Assembly (NCBI RefSeq): GCF_009914755.1
Contig: NC_060925.1
Source: the human T2T-CHM13v2.0 reference genome, Homo sapiens
Direction: 5' to 3' (one strand)
DNA: 64,000 nt
A program made the position numbers and the translations under genes. This document shows, in pieces, positions 1 to 13,299 of this stretch (positions are counted from its first letter, which is position 1; the number at the start of each line of letters is the position of its first letter). The notes beneath the pieces are model-generated. The model did not search any database. It was not told where the DNA came from and saw only the letters and a program-made list of their open reading frames with translations.

Positions 1-3000
1 GAAGGCAAGTGAGATAAGAAGGGAAAGAAAAAGAAGAAAAAAATATATCATAGGACAGGTGAAGAAATACTCTCCACTTATCATTTTAAGTTAATTTAAA
101 AAAGGGAAAGGGGAACCCAAAAATAGGTTCTGAGCTGCTTACTATGATGCAAATTAATCTCATTCACACCCCCTAATTCGCTGGGCACTTCCAAGATTCT
201 CCTGAAAAAAATCAATATTTTTTTAAGTGTTTATGAATAAGGGGCTCATTGATTTTAAAATTTGACAGCATGTAGGAAAAGAAGACTGGTTAGCAGAATT
301 TAAAATAGAAAGAATCAAAAGCCTAGGTTAGAGTTATATCCTTCAAGTTTAGACAAACTTAGCATCTAGCTTTATTTACATTTCAATGAATACTTGGGAC
401 ACCTTTTATGATGAATTTACAGGGGTCCCCAACCTCCTGGGCCACAGACTGGTACCAGGGTCTGTGGCCTGTTAGCAACCGGGCAGCACAGCAAGAGGTG
501 AGCAAGCATTACCTGCTGAATTCTACCTCCTGTCAGATCAGCAGCAGGCATTAGATTCTCATAGGAGCACGAACCCTATTGTGAACCGCGTATGCAAGAG
601 ATCTAGGTTGCATGCTCCTTGTGATAATCTAATGCCTGACGATCTGAAGTGGAGCTGAAGTGCTGATGCTAGCACTGGGAGCAGCTGCAAATACAGATTA
701 ACCTTAGCAGCGAGGTTTGGCTGCACAGAGACCATAATAAATCAACTGCTTTCAGGCTCATATCAAAACCCTATCAGTGAGTGGCAAGTGACAAATTAAG
801 CTGCATCTGGTGGCAGGCTTTACAGTGACGAGTGAGTTGATGTATTTCAATTGTACAGCTGCATTTAATGTCAGGCTTTAAGTCAGAATCAGACGCATTT
901 TATTCCGCTTATGGCCCGCCCATTATTTTATTTACCACTTCCATTCATGCCTCTTTCCCACACTGCACACTTGTCTCAGTCACAGTTTTGGTAAGCCCAC
1001 GAGCTAACCCTAGCCACAGTGAGTAAAAAACAAATATCACTGGAGAGCTTCTTGGAAAAGGGGAAAAGACCCAGTGATGAGACAGCAGAAGACTCTAAGA
1101 CTGCCAACAAAAAGTTGCATTTAAAAGAAGATACCGAGACTTAAATTACAGGTTCATTCCAACAGGTGATTCACATTCTCCAAGCTGGCTTTATATATGT
1201 GGTGACTGGCTACCCAAAGAAGCCATGAAACCTTCAAAACTTCTTCACCACATGCAGACCAAGCACCCTGCATTAAAAGACAAAACTTTTGCATCTTTCA
1301 AAAGAAAAATAATGTGAACATGAAGAACGGTAGCAATTATTGAAGGCCACCACTTCATCAAATGTGTCTGCACTGAGAGCATCATTCTCAGTGGCTAACG
1401 GCACTACTAAAGCAAAGAAATCCTTTACTATTGGTGAAGAGTTGATCCTGCCTGCTGCTAAGGACGTTTGCCATTAACTTTTAGGAGAGGCTGCAGTTCA
1501 AAAGGTGGCACATGTTCCTCTTTGGGCCAGCACCATATCTAGATGAACGATGAAACAGCAGAGGATATTGAGGCACCACAGTTAGAGAGGATTATTGAGT
1601 CACTGTGGTATGCAGTCCAAGTTGAGGAGTCTATCAGTGTTGACAACAAGGCAACAATGCTTGTTTTTGTGTGATGTATTTTTTTCAGGAGCATGTGCAG
1701 GAGGATATTGTCATGCGCTTCCGTGTGAAGAGACCACCAAACAGGCTTTGTGTGAACAATAAAGGTTTTTAATCACCCGCTTGCAGGCAGGCTGAGTCTG
1801 AAAAGAGAGTCAGCGAAGGGAGATAGGGGTGGGGCCATTTTATAGGATTTGGGTAGGTAGTGGAAAATTACAGTCAAAGGGGTTTGTGTTGTCGCTTGGC
1901 TGCCTCTTCTCTATTATTGTACACTTTGAAGGCAAAGTTAATTAAGTCCTGTTGTGGGGTTTGAGGGCCGGAATCTAATTTTTGGAGTTTTATTTAATGT
2001 CAGGAGCGGATTGAGTAATAAAATGCATATTGAGAATAAGACGGCCTTCTGACCTTTTATGATCTAGGGCTGTAAAGCGTCTCAGGGTTGCTGCCAAACA
2101 AGCCATGAACTGGGCTGGGTTTTTATATTTGATGAAAAAGAGCCTAAACACTAACTGATTTGGGAGAGGTCAGCTAAAGAAAAAGGAGCATTAACCTTGA
2201 CTATGCCTCTAGCTCCAACCACCTCTTTAAGAGGAAATTGTTGGGCAGGTCGGGGAGGGCTAGTCGCCGAACAAAACCATAAGCCAGACCAGGTGTGAGG
2301 AGGGCAGGTGATAGAAGGATTATAGGGTGGGAGAGCCGAGGCTGAGGAAGAATTAGAGCCTGATTCAGCCTGGTGGGGAGTGACCTGAGGAAGAGCAGTC
2401 TGGGGAGGAGGGGAGAGGTCAGATGGATCAGTAGAAAAGGGAGATTGAAAAGACTCATCAACGCTTTGGGGTTGGGACTGAGGGACAGGTGGGAGGGAAA
2501 GGAGGAGGATTTGGGACGAGTCTCATTGGGAACAGAGACTAGGGCATGACCGATGTGTCAAAGAATGCCTGGACATCAGGCACCTCAGACCATCTGCCCA
2601 TTTTATGACAAGAATTATCTAGATCTTGTAGGATGGAGAAATTGAAAGTGCCGTTTTCTGGCTATTTGGAACAATTGTCGAGTTTGTATTGGGGTCAAGC
2701 GGCATTGCAGAAGAAAACAAGGCATTTAGGTTTTAGATCAGGTGTAAGATGACACAGGCTAAGGGAGAAGAAGGAGGAACGGAGGGTGGAAGGTTGCCCA
2801 TAGTGAAGGAAGCAAGCCCAGAGAAAAGAGAGGGCAGCGACACGGAGAAGCGGGTGGTGAGCAGCCCTGGGCTGCAATGTGGGTGAGCTGCCAAAGTAAG
2901 CGTCCCGGCAATTGATTTGCCACCAAGGGAATGTGGGTGAATGACTAAGGCAGGCATCCCTGCAGTGATCAGACACCAATGGAGTGTGGGTGAATAATCA

Positions 3001-3347
3001 GGCGGGCGTCCCCGCATGATTAAACACCAAGGGAAGACTGTCTTCCTGAGTCCGTGACCGGCGCGGAGTTTTGGGTCCATGGATAAAATGTGTCTCCTTA
3101 TCTCTATTAGAGAGGAAAAAGAACTGAAATTGGAAGGACAGGGAGATTGAAGGGTAGTGAGAGAGGGAGATTCAAGGATAGCGAGAGAGGCTGGAGAAGA
3201 GAGTGAAAAGAGGCCGCTTACCCAATTTAAAATTGGTGAGATGTTCCTTGGGCTGGTTGGTCTGAGGACCAGAGATCATAGGTGGATCTTTCTCACGGAG
3301 TAAAGGGCAGAAGGACAAGGGATTGATCTCCCAAGGGAGGTCCCCCG

Positions 3348-3365
3348 ATCCGAGTCACAGCACCA
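3348..3365 (-). other. tRNA-His primer binding site of HERV-H
   Basis: Minus strand TGGTGCTGTGACTCGGAT, one mismatch to the complement of the tRNA-His 3' end (TGGTGCCGTGACTCGGAT). Confidence 0.9.
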
Positions 3366-3367
3366 AA

Positions 3368-3732
3368 TGTCAGGCACGTCCATGTGAAGAGACCACCAAA
3401 CAGGCTTTGTGTGAGCAATAAAGCTTTTTAATCACCTGGGTGCAGGCAGGCTGAGTCCGAAAAGACTCAGCAAAGGGAGATAGGGGTGGGGCCGTTTTAT
3501 AGGATTTGGGTAGGTAGTGGAAAATTACAGTCAAAGGGGATTGTTCTCTGGCAGGCAGGGGCGGGGGTCACAAGGTGCTCAGTGCGGGAGCTTCTGAGCC
3601 AGGAGAAGGAATTTCACAAGGTAATGTCATCTGCTAAGGCAGGAACCTGCCATTTTCACTTCTTTTGTGATTCTTCAGTTGCTTCAGGCCATCTGTATGT
3701 ATACATGCAGGCTTGGGCTCAGAGGCCTGACA
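3368..3732 (-). promoter_or_regulatory. HERV-H 5' LTR (LTR7 family), potential promoter firing leftward
   Basis: Minus strand begins TGTCAGGCCTCTGAGCCCAAG (LTR7 start) and is followed directly by the PBS. Confidence 0.85.
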
Positions 3733-6700
3733 GATATGTTGTGTTTACTTTTGTTGCCAACCAACACCACAGCTGCAGAACTATTCAAGTCTTTATATGA
3801 TTACATATCAGGAAAACTGAATTGGGCGTTTTGTGTTGGTATATGCACAGACAGAGTGGCTGCCATGACTGGATGGCTTTCTGGTTTCACTACCCGGATC
3901 AAAGAGGTTGCTTCTAAATGTTAGTCTATACACTGCATCTTCCTATAGAAAAATTCTGGCTAGCTAAAAAATGTCACCTGACCTTAACCATGCTTTGCAG
4001 GATGTGATTAAAATTATCAACCACATTAAAGTACATGTCCTTAACTCACATCTTTTCACACAGCTCTGTGAGGAGATGGATGCAGAGCACAAGCATCTTT
4101 TCTTATACCCAGAAGTGAGATGGCTTTCTAAAGGTAGATCACTGAACAGAGTTTCTCAGTTAGGAGAGCCACTCCAGAGATTTCTTTTAGAAAAATGATC
4201 TCCATTGGCAGCACATTTCAGTGACCCAGAATGAATCACAAAACTTGCTTACTTGTGTGACACATTCAACCTGCTCAATGAACTCAATCTGCCAGTTCAT
4301 GGGAGAACAACCACTGTGTTCAAGTCAGCAGATAAAGGGGCTGCATTCAAAGCCAAATTGGAATTATGGGGGCAACGAGTGAACATTGGGATTTTTGACA
4401 TATTTCAAACATTAGCAGAGATTTTGAAAGAGACTGAGCCAGGGCCTTCTTTCTCCCACCTGGTTCGTGATCTCCTATCTCAGCTTTCAAAAGAGTTTGA
4501 GCATTACTTCCTAACCACAAAAGACCCCCGAAATGGAAAGGAATGGATCTGCAATCCATTTGTGAATAAGCCAGGTGAATCGACTTTGTCTGTGCTAGAA
4601 GAGGATCAACTGCTTGAGATCGCAAATGACTGTGGCCTTAGAAGTGTGTTTGAGACATTAAATCTCCATATGTTCTGGATTAAAGTCAAGATGGAATATC
4701 CTGGGATTGTCACAAAACCACTGAAAAGCCTACTTCCATTTCCAACCTCCTATCTTTGTGAAGCAGGGTTTTTTGAGTGACAGCAACCAAAATAAGATTC
4801 CAGAGTAGACGGTACATAGCAACATACTTTGGGTGTTACTGTCTCCCAACAGTGTCCCATCTGTCACCCCCAGATGGGACCATCTAGTTGCAGGACTATA
4901 AGCTCAAGGCTCCCACTGATTCTACTTTATGGTGAGTTGTATAATTATTTCATTATACATTACAATGTAATAATCATAAAAATAAAGTTCACAATAAATA
5001 TAATGCCCTTGAATCATCCCTAAACCATCCCCCTACCCCATTCATGGAAAAGTTGTCTTCAGTGAAACTGATCCCTGGTGCCAAAAAGGTTGGAGACTGC
5101 TGACTTAGAACTTTCTCAAGTCCTTTAACCACCATCAAATTATTCACTTGTTGCTAGCAGGGCATAAGATTTTTTTACAGTTCCTTTTATTTGTTTGATC
5201 CAAGCACTGTAGTTTTCATCACCTCACTTTTTATAAAGGGTGAGGTGCTAGAATCCTATAGTATCTTAGAAGGTACAGGAGATACTGGATGGGAGATGCT
5301 ATAATCTACATTCGTGATTAATGGTATCATTAGCACCAGTCTGCAAATGGAGACCAGACCGAGTCTTTAACGTTAGAGTTAACAGCCCGTAAACTGGGTA
5401 CTCACTCAATGAATAACTGCAATAAAACATAAAGGGTAGAAAGAAGAAGATAAGCATTGATTATAATTTTAAGACATAAAGAGGCAGACATCTAATCAAA
5501 TATAGATTACAAACAGCTGCACCAAGGAAAAGATCAAATTTCGGGGAAAGGAGGAACATGATCCTCTCTGGACTGAAAGATGGGAATAGGCTCAGATGTG
5601 TCAATGTGGGAGCTCGCAACGGGTCACCAGGTCACCCTAGCTCTGGGTTAACGGGAATCAGGGCCTGATCTTTAGATCCTGGAGCGATGAAACCTTTATG
5701 GCCCCCCCCCACCCCCACCCACCTTCAAAAACACCATATCGTATACGATGTGTAAAAAAAAAAATCCCATGATAATCCAATTTTCCATATAAATATTGTT
5801 TTTAATATTTTTCTCATTTTATGATGCTTGTTTTGACATAACTTAGCTTGCCTAATAGACACCTCTTCTATAAGGAGGACTTGGTCATATGCCCACAGTC
5901 AGGAAGCACTGTTAGACCCTCTGATTCTGAGGAAATTGAATACCATATATTCTCATCGACAGTGGGAATCTAATTAGAAATCGAAGATGAATTTAAGATT
6001 TGAGCTACAATTTCTGTGGCACTCACTCCCAAGGCTACTGGACCTTTTTGTTCACTTTTCAAATTGAAAATGGAAGCACGAGATGGTCTTGGGGATCTCT
6101 TCCTGAAGTTTTACACGGTCATGAATCTAAGAGCACATTTACAAAGGGCCATGGAAGGAGAAAGAAACGGGGTTCTAAATATGCTTCCCCTTCCCCTTCC
6201 CCTCAAAATAGCATTTTGGCCATAAGCTCACAGTTCTTCTCACCCTAGGGCACTCTCTGCCCCTTCACTCTTTCAGAGTTCTTACCCCAGGGCATAGGCA
6301 TCCACACCCCAAGTTTATTGCAAATGAGAGTTTTAGTCATCTAGACACTTCTTCTAGATCAAGTCTGTGGGGCAGAAAATGAGAAAAGTCCCATATTGGA
6401 AGTCTGAATTCATATCCCCATAGAATCATTGTTATGCCGCTGGGTTGAGTTTTCTATTATTTCATTGTGTTAAGGATTAAATAAGCATTTGGGAACATAA
6501 TTTCTATTTAGAAGATTAATTCCAAAGGAAGCTGTATTCTGAGTTCCAAACAGTGAAGCTAAGTCACAAAGAAAATTAACAAGTTCACTTTCAGTGAATA
6601 TATATAGCACAGTTTTAAATTTGAATAATATATAGGAGAGGAGGGAACCTTAAAGTTTTATTATGGCCCTGCCAGGGTTAGGGTGGCAGCAATGGAAATG

Positions 6701-9516
6701 CAAAGAAGGTGATGATGAGTCATCGCAGAGGTAAACGAACTCCGCAAGACAGCCACAGAGTGTAGGAGGAGAAAGCAGAGGACGACTCAAAGATGACTAC
6801 AACATTTAGTGTTTGGTGAGTATTACCAGAAAGGGAACAGGTAAGTCAGGAGGAAAGGCGTGAGCATATTTTGGGCCACAGTAGCTTTAAAAATATCTAG
6901 TTTAAAGTTATCTACTGAACTTTAAAAAGTTCAGTAGGTGGTCGGGCAGGAAACTGGGAGAGAAACCAGACCTTCAGAGTCATCTATATAGATGTGTGAG
7001 TTAAACCTGTATGAGAATGGAAGTGGCTAATAAAGAAAATAGAACATCACTAGAAAGGAAGCAATGTTATGCTCCTTAAATGTCATATAATTTTTTCTTA
7101 TTTTCATCCTCACAGGATTAAAGCCTTGCTACTTCTCATTATGTGTATGGGAGAGGACTGAATATAGATAATTCAGTGAGGATGTGTGAATGGGAGGCAG
7201 AAAAGACAGCACAAGTGTAGAAAAACATTTCTTTTATCATTTTCCCAGTGGCTTGTATGAGAACCTGGATTCTTCCTGAATACAATTATGGGCAGTCTGT
7301 TTCCAGGTTCTATGGAAAATAGGTTAACATGTTTCTGAAGATGTCTCACTCCTGTGTGTGGGCAGAATGTGAGAGGATAACAGAGTGGTCCCAAGGACAC
7401 TGTGGGAAGAACAGGTAGGCTGAAAGCCGTGATTCAGAAGACAACTAAGTCATCACTCAACTATGGCAGGAAGATGTCACCAAAAAGCCACAGATGAAGA
7501 CATAAGTGAACCAGAGTCACCTTCAGTTGGGGTAAAACACAGGGTGGAGGAAAAAAATGGGGAAAATACATGGGGGTGTTACAATAGCCATGTTACCTGT
7601 TTCACAATTTTGTTGTGTCATTTTATGTGAAAACATTTTAGAAAGAAGTTTGAGGAGACTGGTTTAGGAGCTGTTAATCTGATGACCACATGAAGCCTGT
7701 CCTAATATCTTTTTAAATGTCTATAAGATGCAGAATAAGTGAAATATTCTATGAGAATAAAAGTAAGTTGATGTCAGAATCTTAGAGGGTTTGATTCCAA
7801 TTATAAGTCTAATGAAGCTGAGCTGAGTGAAAATATTCTATCCTTATCTCCCAGTACACCCTGGCCACTTCCTGAAAAGGAGATGAACTGAATAAAAAAA
7901 AATGAGAAGTATTCATATTTTTATGTCCTTTGTCTATGATTCTGCTACCCAGGTTCAGTACCAACAGAAAGGCTAAAGTGCTTCTCTACCATTTGGAAAT
8001 GAATCTGGATCCAATGAGCCCAAGCACTAATCTTCCCATTTGCCTCCCTCTACTCCCTCCCCACACCCATCAACCAATTGTGTTTATTTTCCCCATCTTT
8101 CTACAATCAGGCAATCCAGAAAATTAACCCAGAAATTAAGTTGACAGAAAACAGTGGGGAATAAGTAGTGGCAGCATGCTTTCGGAGAAGCGAAGCTCCA
8201 TGAAACTAATGTCATTGTGAATATAAAAGAAATACCCTAGTTGAATGAGATCATGGAAATTACACTCTTTCCATCACATTATATCTCAAAATACCAAAGA
8301 AGCAGATAATACAAGTAGAAGAATACCAAAACAATGGTTGAAAAAAAATTACACCAAGATTTATTCAAATCTCTCCTCCAACCCCAACCTCCACTGAAAT
8401 GGTTCGTTCTGAGGCTAACTTATATGTTAGGAAATTCATTTTTATAGGTATAAATCTAACTTTTTCTCCCCTCCAAATGAATAACAAACCACCATTTGTT
8501 GACTAATCCAATTTCCTATTAAATGGGATGCTTCCTTTATCATTTACTTTATTTCATATATATGTTGGTCAGGTTCTGAATTCTTCACTCTGTTTTCTGT
8601 TTTTCTTTCATTCAAACATTAATTGAGTTCCTAGTATGTGCCTCGTGCTGTTTCAGGTGCTTAGATACATCAGTGAACAAAAAGATCCCTGTCCTCATTC
8701 AAGCTTATATGATAGCAGGGGAAGACAAATAATACACAATAAGCATAATAGCTAAGTAATTTACCTGATATGTTAGAAAGTGATCATTGTTATGAAAGAA
8801 AAAGAAAAAAGATAATAAGAGCAAAGGAGGTTCTGGGAGCTGGGGAAATTACCATCTGAAATTGAGTGGTAAGCCTAGGCCTTATTAGCAAAGACTTGAA
8901 GGAGGTGAGAGAATTAACAAAGAAAATACCTGGAAAAATAGTATTCAGGAAGCAAACATATCAAGAGCAAATTTCTTAATTCTGAGTTATGCATAGTGAG
9001 TTTAAGGTATAGCAAGGAGTCCAGAGTAGTTGGAGTGAGAGGGTAAAGAAAAAGAACGATAATGATAGATAAAGCAGATTACGTGGGGTATTGTAGGCCA
9101 TTGAGAGGATTTTGGCTTTATTCTGGTGAAATGGGTAATTGCTACAGTGTTTTAAGCTGTAGGAATATATAATCAGACTTACTTTTTCAATGTATCACTG
9201 TGGCTAATTATCTGAAAATAATTTTGTATGAGTACCAGGAGAGAAGTAGGGAGACCTATTAGAAAAAAATTGAAGTAATCAGGAAAGAGATGATGGTGGT
9301 ACCTACCAATCAGCAATGTAGGCAGAGAGAAGTAATTCAGATCCCACGTATATTTTGAAAGTAAGGCTACCAGACTGTCTTAATGGATTGGATGTGGGGT
9401 ATGAATAAGAAACTGTCTGAAATGACTCAAGGTTTCTTGGCTTGAGCAACTGGGATGAGCTGATAACCTGTAATTGCTCAGCTGCAATGGAAAAGGCTGC
9501 TGATACAGCAGGTCTT

Positions 9517-9577
9517 TGCGTGCGTGCGTGCGTGCGTGCGTGTGTGTGTGTGTGTGTGTGTGTATGAGAGAGAGAGA
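9517..9577. repeat. Compound microsatellite (TGCG)6(TG)11...(AG)n
   Basis: Read directly from the sequence. Confidence 0.95.
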
Positions 9578-9924
9578 AAGCAGGGGTTTGTTGTTTAGGA
9601 CATGTTGAGTTTGAGATGTCTATAAGACATTCAATTGGAATAATTCGTTGACAGTTGAATATATGAGTTGGAGTTGGAGAAAGGAATCTGAGCCAGAGAT
9701 ATAAATGTGGGGTTCACTGGCAAATAAATATTTAAAGCCATGGATAAACATAAGATCACCACAGTAGACAATGTAGATACAGCTGGGAAGAGGAAAAGGG
9801 CTCAACTGTGGAGCATTCCTACACTAAAAGCATGAGAAAAGGAAAACCCTGCAAAGGAGTGAGTGGCTAGTGGAGCAACAGAAAATTCTGGAAGCCATGT
9901 GAAGAAAACTTACCAAAGCAGTAG

Positions 9925-11250
9925 TGAGAGATGACAGCGTGCTGGCAGTCCTCACAGCCCTCACTCGCTCTCTGCGCCTCCTCTGCCTGGGCTCCCACTT
10001 TGGCGGCACTTGAGGAGCCCTTCAGCCCACCGCTGCACTGTGGCAGCCCCTTTCTGGGCTGGCCAAGGCCGGAGCCGGCTCCCTCAGCTTGCAGGGAGGT
10101 GTGGAGGGAGAGGCGCCAGCGGGAACCGGGGCTGTGTGTGGCGCTTGCGGCCAGCTGGAGTTCCGGGTGGGCGTGGGCTTGGCGGGCTCCGCACTCGGAG
10201 CAGCCGGCCGGCCCTGCCGGCCCCGGGCAATGAGGGACTTAGCACCCGGGCCAGCGGCTGTGGAGGGTGTACTGGGTCCCCCAGCAGTGCCAGCCCACTG
10301 GTGCTGCGCTCCATTTCTCACCGGGCCTTAGCTGCCTTCCCGCGGGGCCGGCCTCGGGACTGCAGCCCGCCATGCCTGAGCCTTCCCCCGCCTCCGTGGG
10401 CTCCTGTGCAGCCCAAGCCTCCCCGACAAGCGCCGCCCCTGCTCCACGGCACCCAGTCCCATCGACCACCCAAGGGCTGAGGAGTGCCAGCGCATGGCAT
10501 GGGACTGTCAGGCAGCTCCACCCGCAGCCCTGGTGTGGGATCCACTGGGTGAAGCCAGCTGGGCTCCTGAGTCTGGTGGGAACGTGGAGAACATTTATGT
10601 CTAGCGCAGGGATTGTAAATACACCAATGGGCACGCTGTATCTAGCTCAAGGTTTGTAAACACACCAATCAGCACCCTGTGTCTAGCTCAGGGTTTGTGA
10701 GTGCACCCATTGGACACTCTGTATCTAGCTGCTCTGGTGGGGCCTTGGAGAACCTGTGTGTCCATACTCTGTATCTAACTAATCTGATGGGGACATGGAG
10801 AACCTTTGTATCTAGCTCAGGGATTCTAAACGCACCAATCAGCGCCCTGTCAAAACAGACCACTTGGCTCTACCAATCAGCAGGATGTGGGTGGGGCCAG
10901 ATAAAAGAATAAAAGCAGGCTGCCCGAGCCAGCAGTGGCAACCCACTCAGGTCCCCTTCCACACTGTGGAAGTTTTGTTCTTTTGCTCTTTGCAATAAAT
11001 CTTGCTACTGCTCACTCTTTGGGTCCACGCTGCTTTTATGAGCTGTAACACTCACCGCGAAGGTCTGCAGCTTCATTCCTGAGCCAGCGAGACCATGAAC
11101 CCACCAGAAGGAAGAAACTCCGAACATATCCGAACATCAGAAGGAACAAACTCCAGACACGCCACCTTAAGAACTGTAACACTCACCGCGAGGGTCCGCG
11201 GCTTCATTCTTGAAGTCAGTGAGACCAAGAACCCACCAATTCCAGACACA
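9925..11250 (+). mobile_element. LTR12C (ERV9) solo LTR
   Basis: Starts TGAGAGATGACAGCGTGCTGGCAG and ends CCAATTCCAGACACA. 4-bp TSD GTAG (9921-9924 and 11251-11254). CpG-rich U3, tandem CCAAT enhancer repeats, GATA/TATA-like region near 10900 and AATAAA near 10994. Confidence 0.93.
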
Positions 11251-12593
11251 GTAGGAGTGATCATATGGCAAATACTGATGATAGAGTCGAGTGAGATGAA
11301 AACAAAGATTGACCACCAAGGTTAGCATCATGAAGTTACCAGTGATCTTGAGAGCAGTTTCCACGCAGTGATGTCAAATACCTGTTGGCATGGTTTTAAG
11401 AGAAAAGGGAAGGAGAGAATTTGGAGACAGTGAATACAGACAATCCTCTTAAGGAGGTATGTTGCAGAGGGAAGCAAAAAAATTGAGTGGTATTTGTTGA
11501 GGGAAGTAGAGTCAAGATACTTTTGTGTGAAGTAATTGGAATGATCCAGTAGAAAGTGAAAAAATGATAATGAAGGAAAAAGAGGAAAGAATTGCTAGAA
11601 TGTTCTCTTTGAGTAGACAAGTAGAGATAGCAAATAACGAACAAGCAGAGAAACTGGCTTTAGATAGGAATACGGTTAGTTCATCTGAGGTAACAGGTAG
11701 GAAGGCGGAGGGAGGTGCCAGTGCTTTTAAGTAAGTAGATGTTGTGGTGGGCATCCATGCAAGTTTTCTTCTGATTGCTTCCATTTTCTCAGTAAAGGAG
11801 AAAGCATGGTCATCAGCTGAGCATAAGAGACATGTTGGAGTTTCAGCAAAATGGAAAAAGTCTGAAATAATCATCCTGAAGGCAAAAGACAGATGGACTA
11901 AGGATGTAGAGGTTTACCTGACAGCATTAAGGGCCTACTTGAGATTCGTGATCATGAATTTCAAATGCGATCAAGAAACTTGGTTGAGTGTTTTCCTCTA
12001 GTCTCCACTTTAGGTGATCAGGTACAGGTTCAGAATAATAGAGAGCTGGACTTCACTAGAAAGTGGTAATAGTTCTGCCAAAAGAATGGTAAAAAGTGAG
12101 AGAAAGGCAAAAGAATTAAGGGTGTATGAAAAAGAAGGCTTACAATAATTGCCTACGAAATTTAGGGTGGGAAAAGAGAAAATAAAAATATCAGAGAGAA
12201 ACAGTGAAAAAGTGGTGTGATCAGTGGAAATGAGAGTTCCAAAGGGGTCAAAAGATTGCTGGGATTACGAAGCTGGAAAGAGTGAGATGGGAGAAGGGAA
12301 GAGATGGTGTTTAGAGTGAGAGACATGAAATTCAGGTTATACAGAAGATCCAGTTATTGGTGATGATAAAAGTCATGAGGGCTCCTACAAGGAGCATCGC
12401 TGACTGAAGGAGAAGACGTCAAAGAACTGAGTAACCAGTTCTTTGTTATTGAAATCATCAAGAACTAGTGGCAAGAGTTGTGCTAGAATAAATTATACTA
12501 TTTGAAGTTAAAAGTGTAAAGAAATAAGGAGTGTTAACAATGATGAATCACATAATCTGATTACATGAGACTCAAAATCAGCAAGTTTTAAAA

Positions 12594-12886
12594 TCTTTTA
12601 ATTTTTTTAATAGACAAATAATAATTATACATATTCACCTAGGTTGATTCCATATCTTGCCTATTGTGAATAGGGCTGCAATGAAACTGGGGATGCAGAT
12701 GTCAGTTCAATACACTAATTTCCTTTCCTGTGGATAGATTCTCAGGAGTGGGATTGCTGGATCATATGGTAGTTCTAGTTGTATTTTTTTTAAGGAATCT
12801 CCATACTCTTCCCATAGTGGTTGTACTACTTTACATTCCCACCAACAGTGTATAAGAGTTCTCTTTTCTTCACATTCTCACCAGCA
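12594..12886 (-). mobile_element. Short, internally deleted L1 (L1M-type) 3' fragment
   Basis: L1 3' sequence flanked by a direct repeat CAAAATCAG(C/T)AAGTTTT(T)AAAA at 12573 and 12887. Confidence 0.75.
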
Positions 12887-13299
12887 CAAAATCAGTAAGT
12901 TTTTAAAAGGAAAAGAGGGAGAATGAGAGAAGCCACAGTGAGCAAAGAGGACAAGACCTGTCCAATTTCCAAGCTCAGTGGGAGGAAAAAACAGCCTGGA
13001 TGGCTGGGCAATGTTGTCAGGGAAGAGTCATATTTTCATTAGAGCAAGGAGAAAGAAACATTTAAAAACTAGGTTGCAGACGCAGGAGATTTTACTAATA
13101 ATGGGCCATAAATTACACTGTGGATGCTGTAGAAGAGTTGCCAGAGTAAAGGAGAGGTGGAGAAGGATACAAGGAGTCTAAGAGTAATTAGAATGAGGAG
13201 GATAAGAGATGAGCTGGGAGTCTGTGGTGTTTCATGGCACATAACTAGGTATAAAGAGCATAATGAGCTTAATTCTTCATTTGTCCATTCCACCTCATA

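Larger units (their letters stand above)
1709..3732 (-). mobile_element. HERV-H provirus, internally deleted (5' LTR7, PBS, leader/gag remnant, truncated 3' LTR)
   Basis: TG...CA ends with a 5-bp TSD GATAT (1704-1708 and 3733-3737). LTR copies at 3368-3732 and 1709-~1887 share GTGAAGAGACCACCAAACAGGCTTTGTGTG. No pol/env visible. Confidence 0.93.
420..5102 (+). mobile_element. Charlie3 (MER1-type) hAT DNA transposon, near full length, split by HERV-H at 1709-3732; transposase pseudogenised
   Basis: Terminal inverted repeats CAGGGGTCCCCAACC (420) and GGTTGGAGACTGCTG (to 5102). Transposase fragments include CVGICTD..AAMTG, VRWLSKG and LLPFPTSYLCEAGF (ORFs 3667-4780). About 2.66 kb remains after removing the insert. 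Confidence 0.88.
8607..13230 (-). mobile_element. L2 LINE remnant, interrupted by LTR12C, a microsatellite and an L1 fragment
   Basis: L2 3' end (TCATTCAAACATTAATTGAG...) at about 8607. Degenerate L2 ORF2-like translation at 11512-11874 (FSFTEKMEAIRRKL...PVTSDEL...LSKA). Confidence 0.7.

Noticed and set aside
2201-3080. Minus-strand ORFs in the HERV-H interior
   Set aside because: Fragmented leader/gag remnants; no intact retroviral gene.
412-5110. 8-bp TSD for Charlie3
   Set aside because: The flanks TGAATTTA and ACTTAGAA do not match convincingly, so no TSD is claimed.
9824-11364. Cluster of overlapping 60-156 aa ORFs
   Set aside because: They lie in the GC-rich LTR12C, where stop codons are scarce; no protein family signal.
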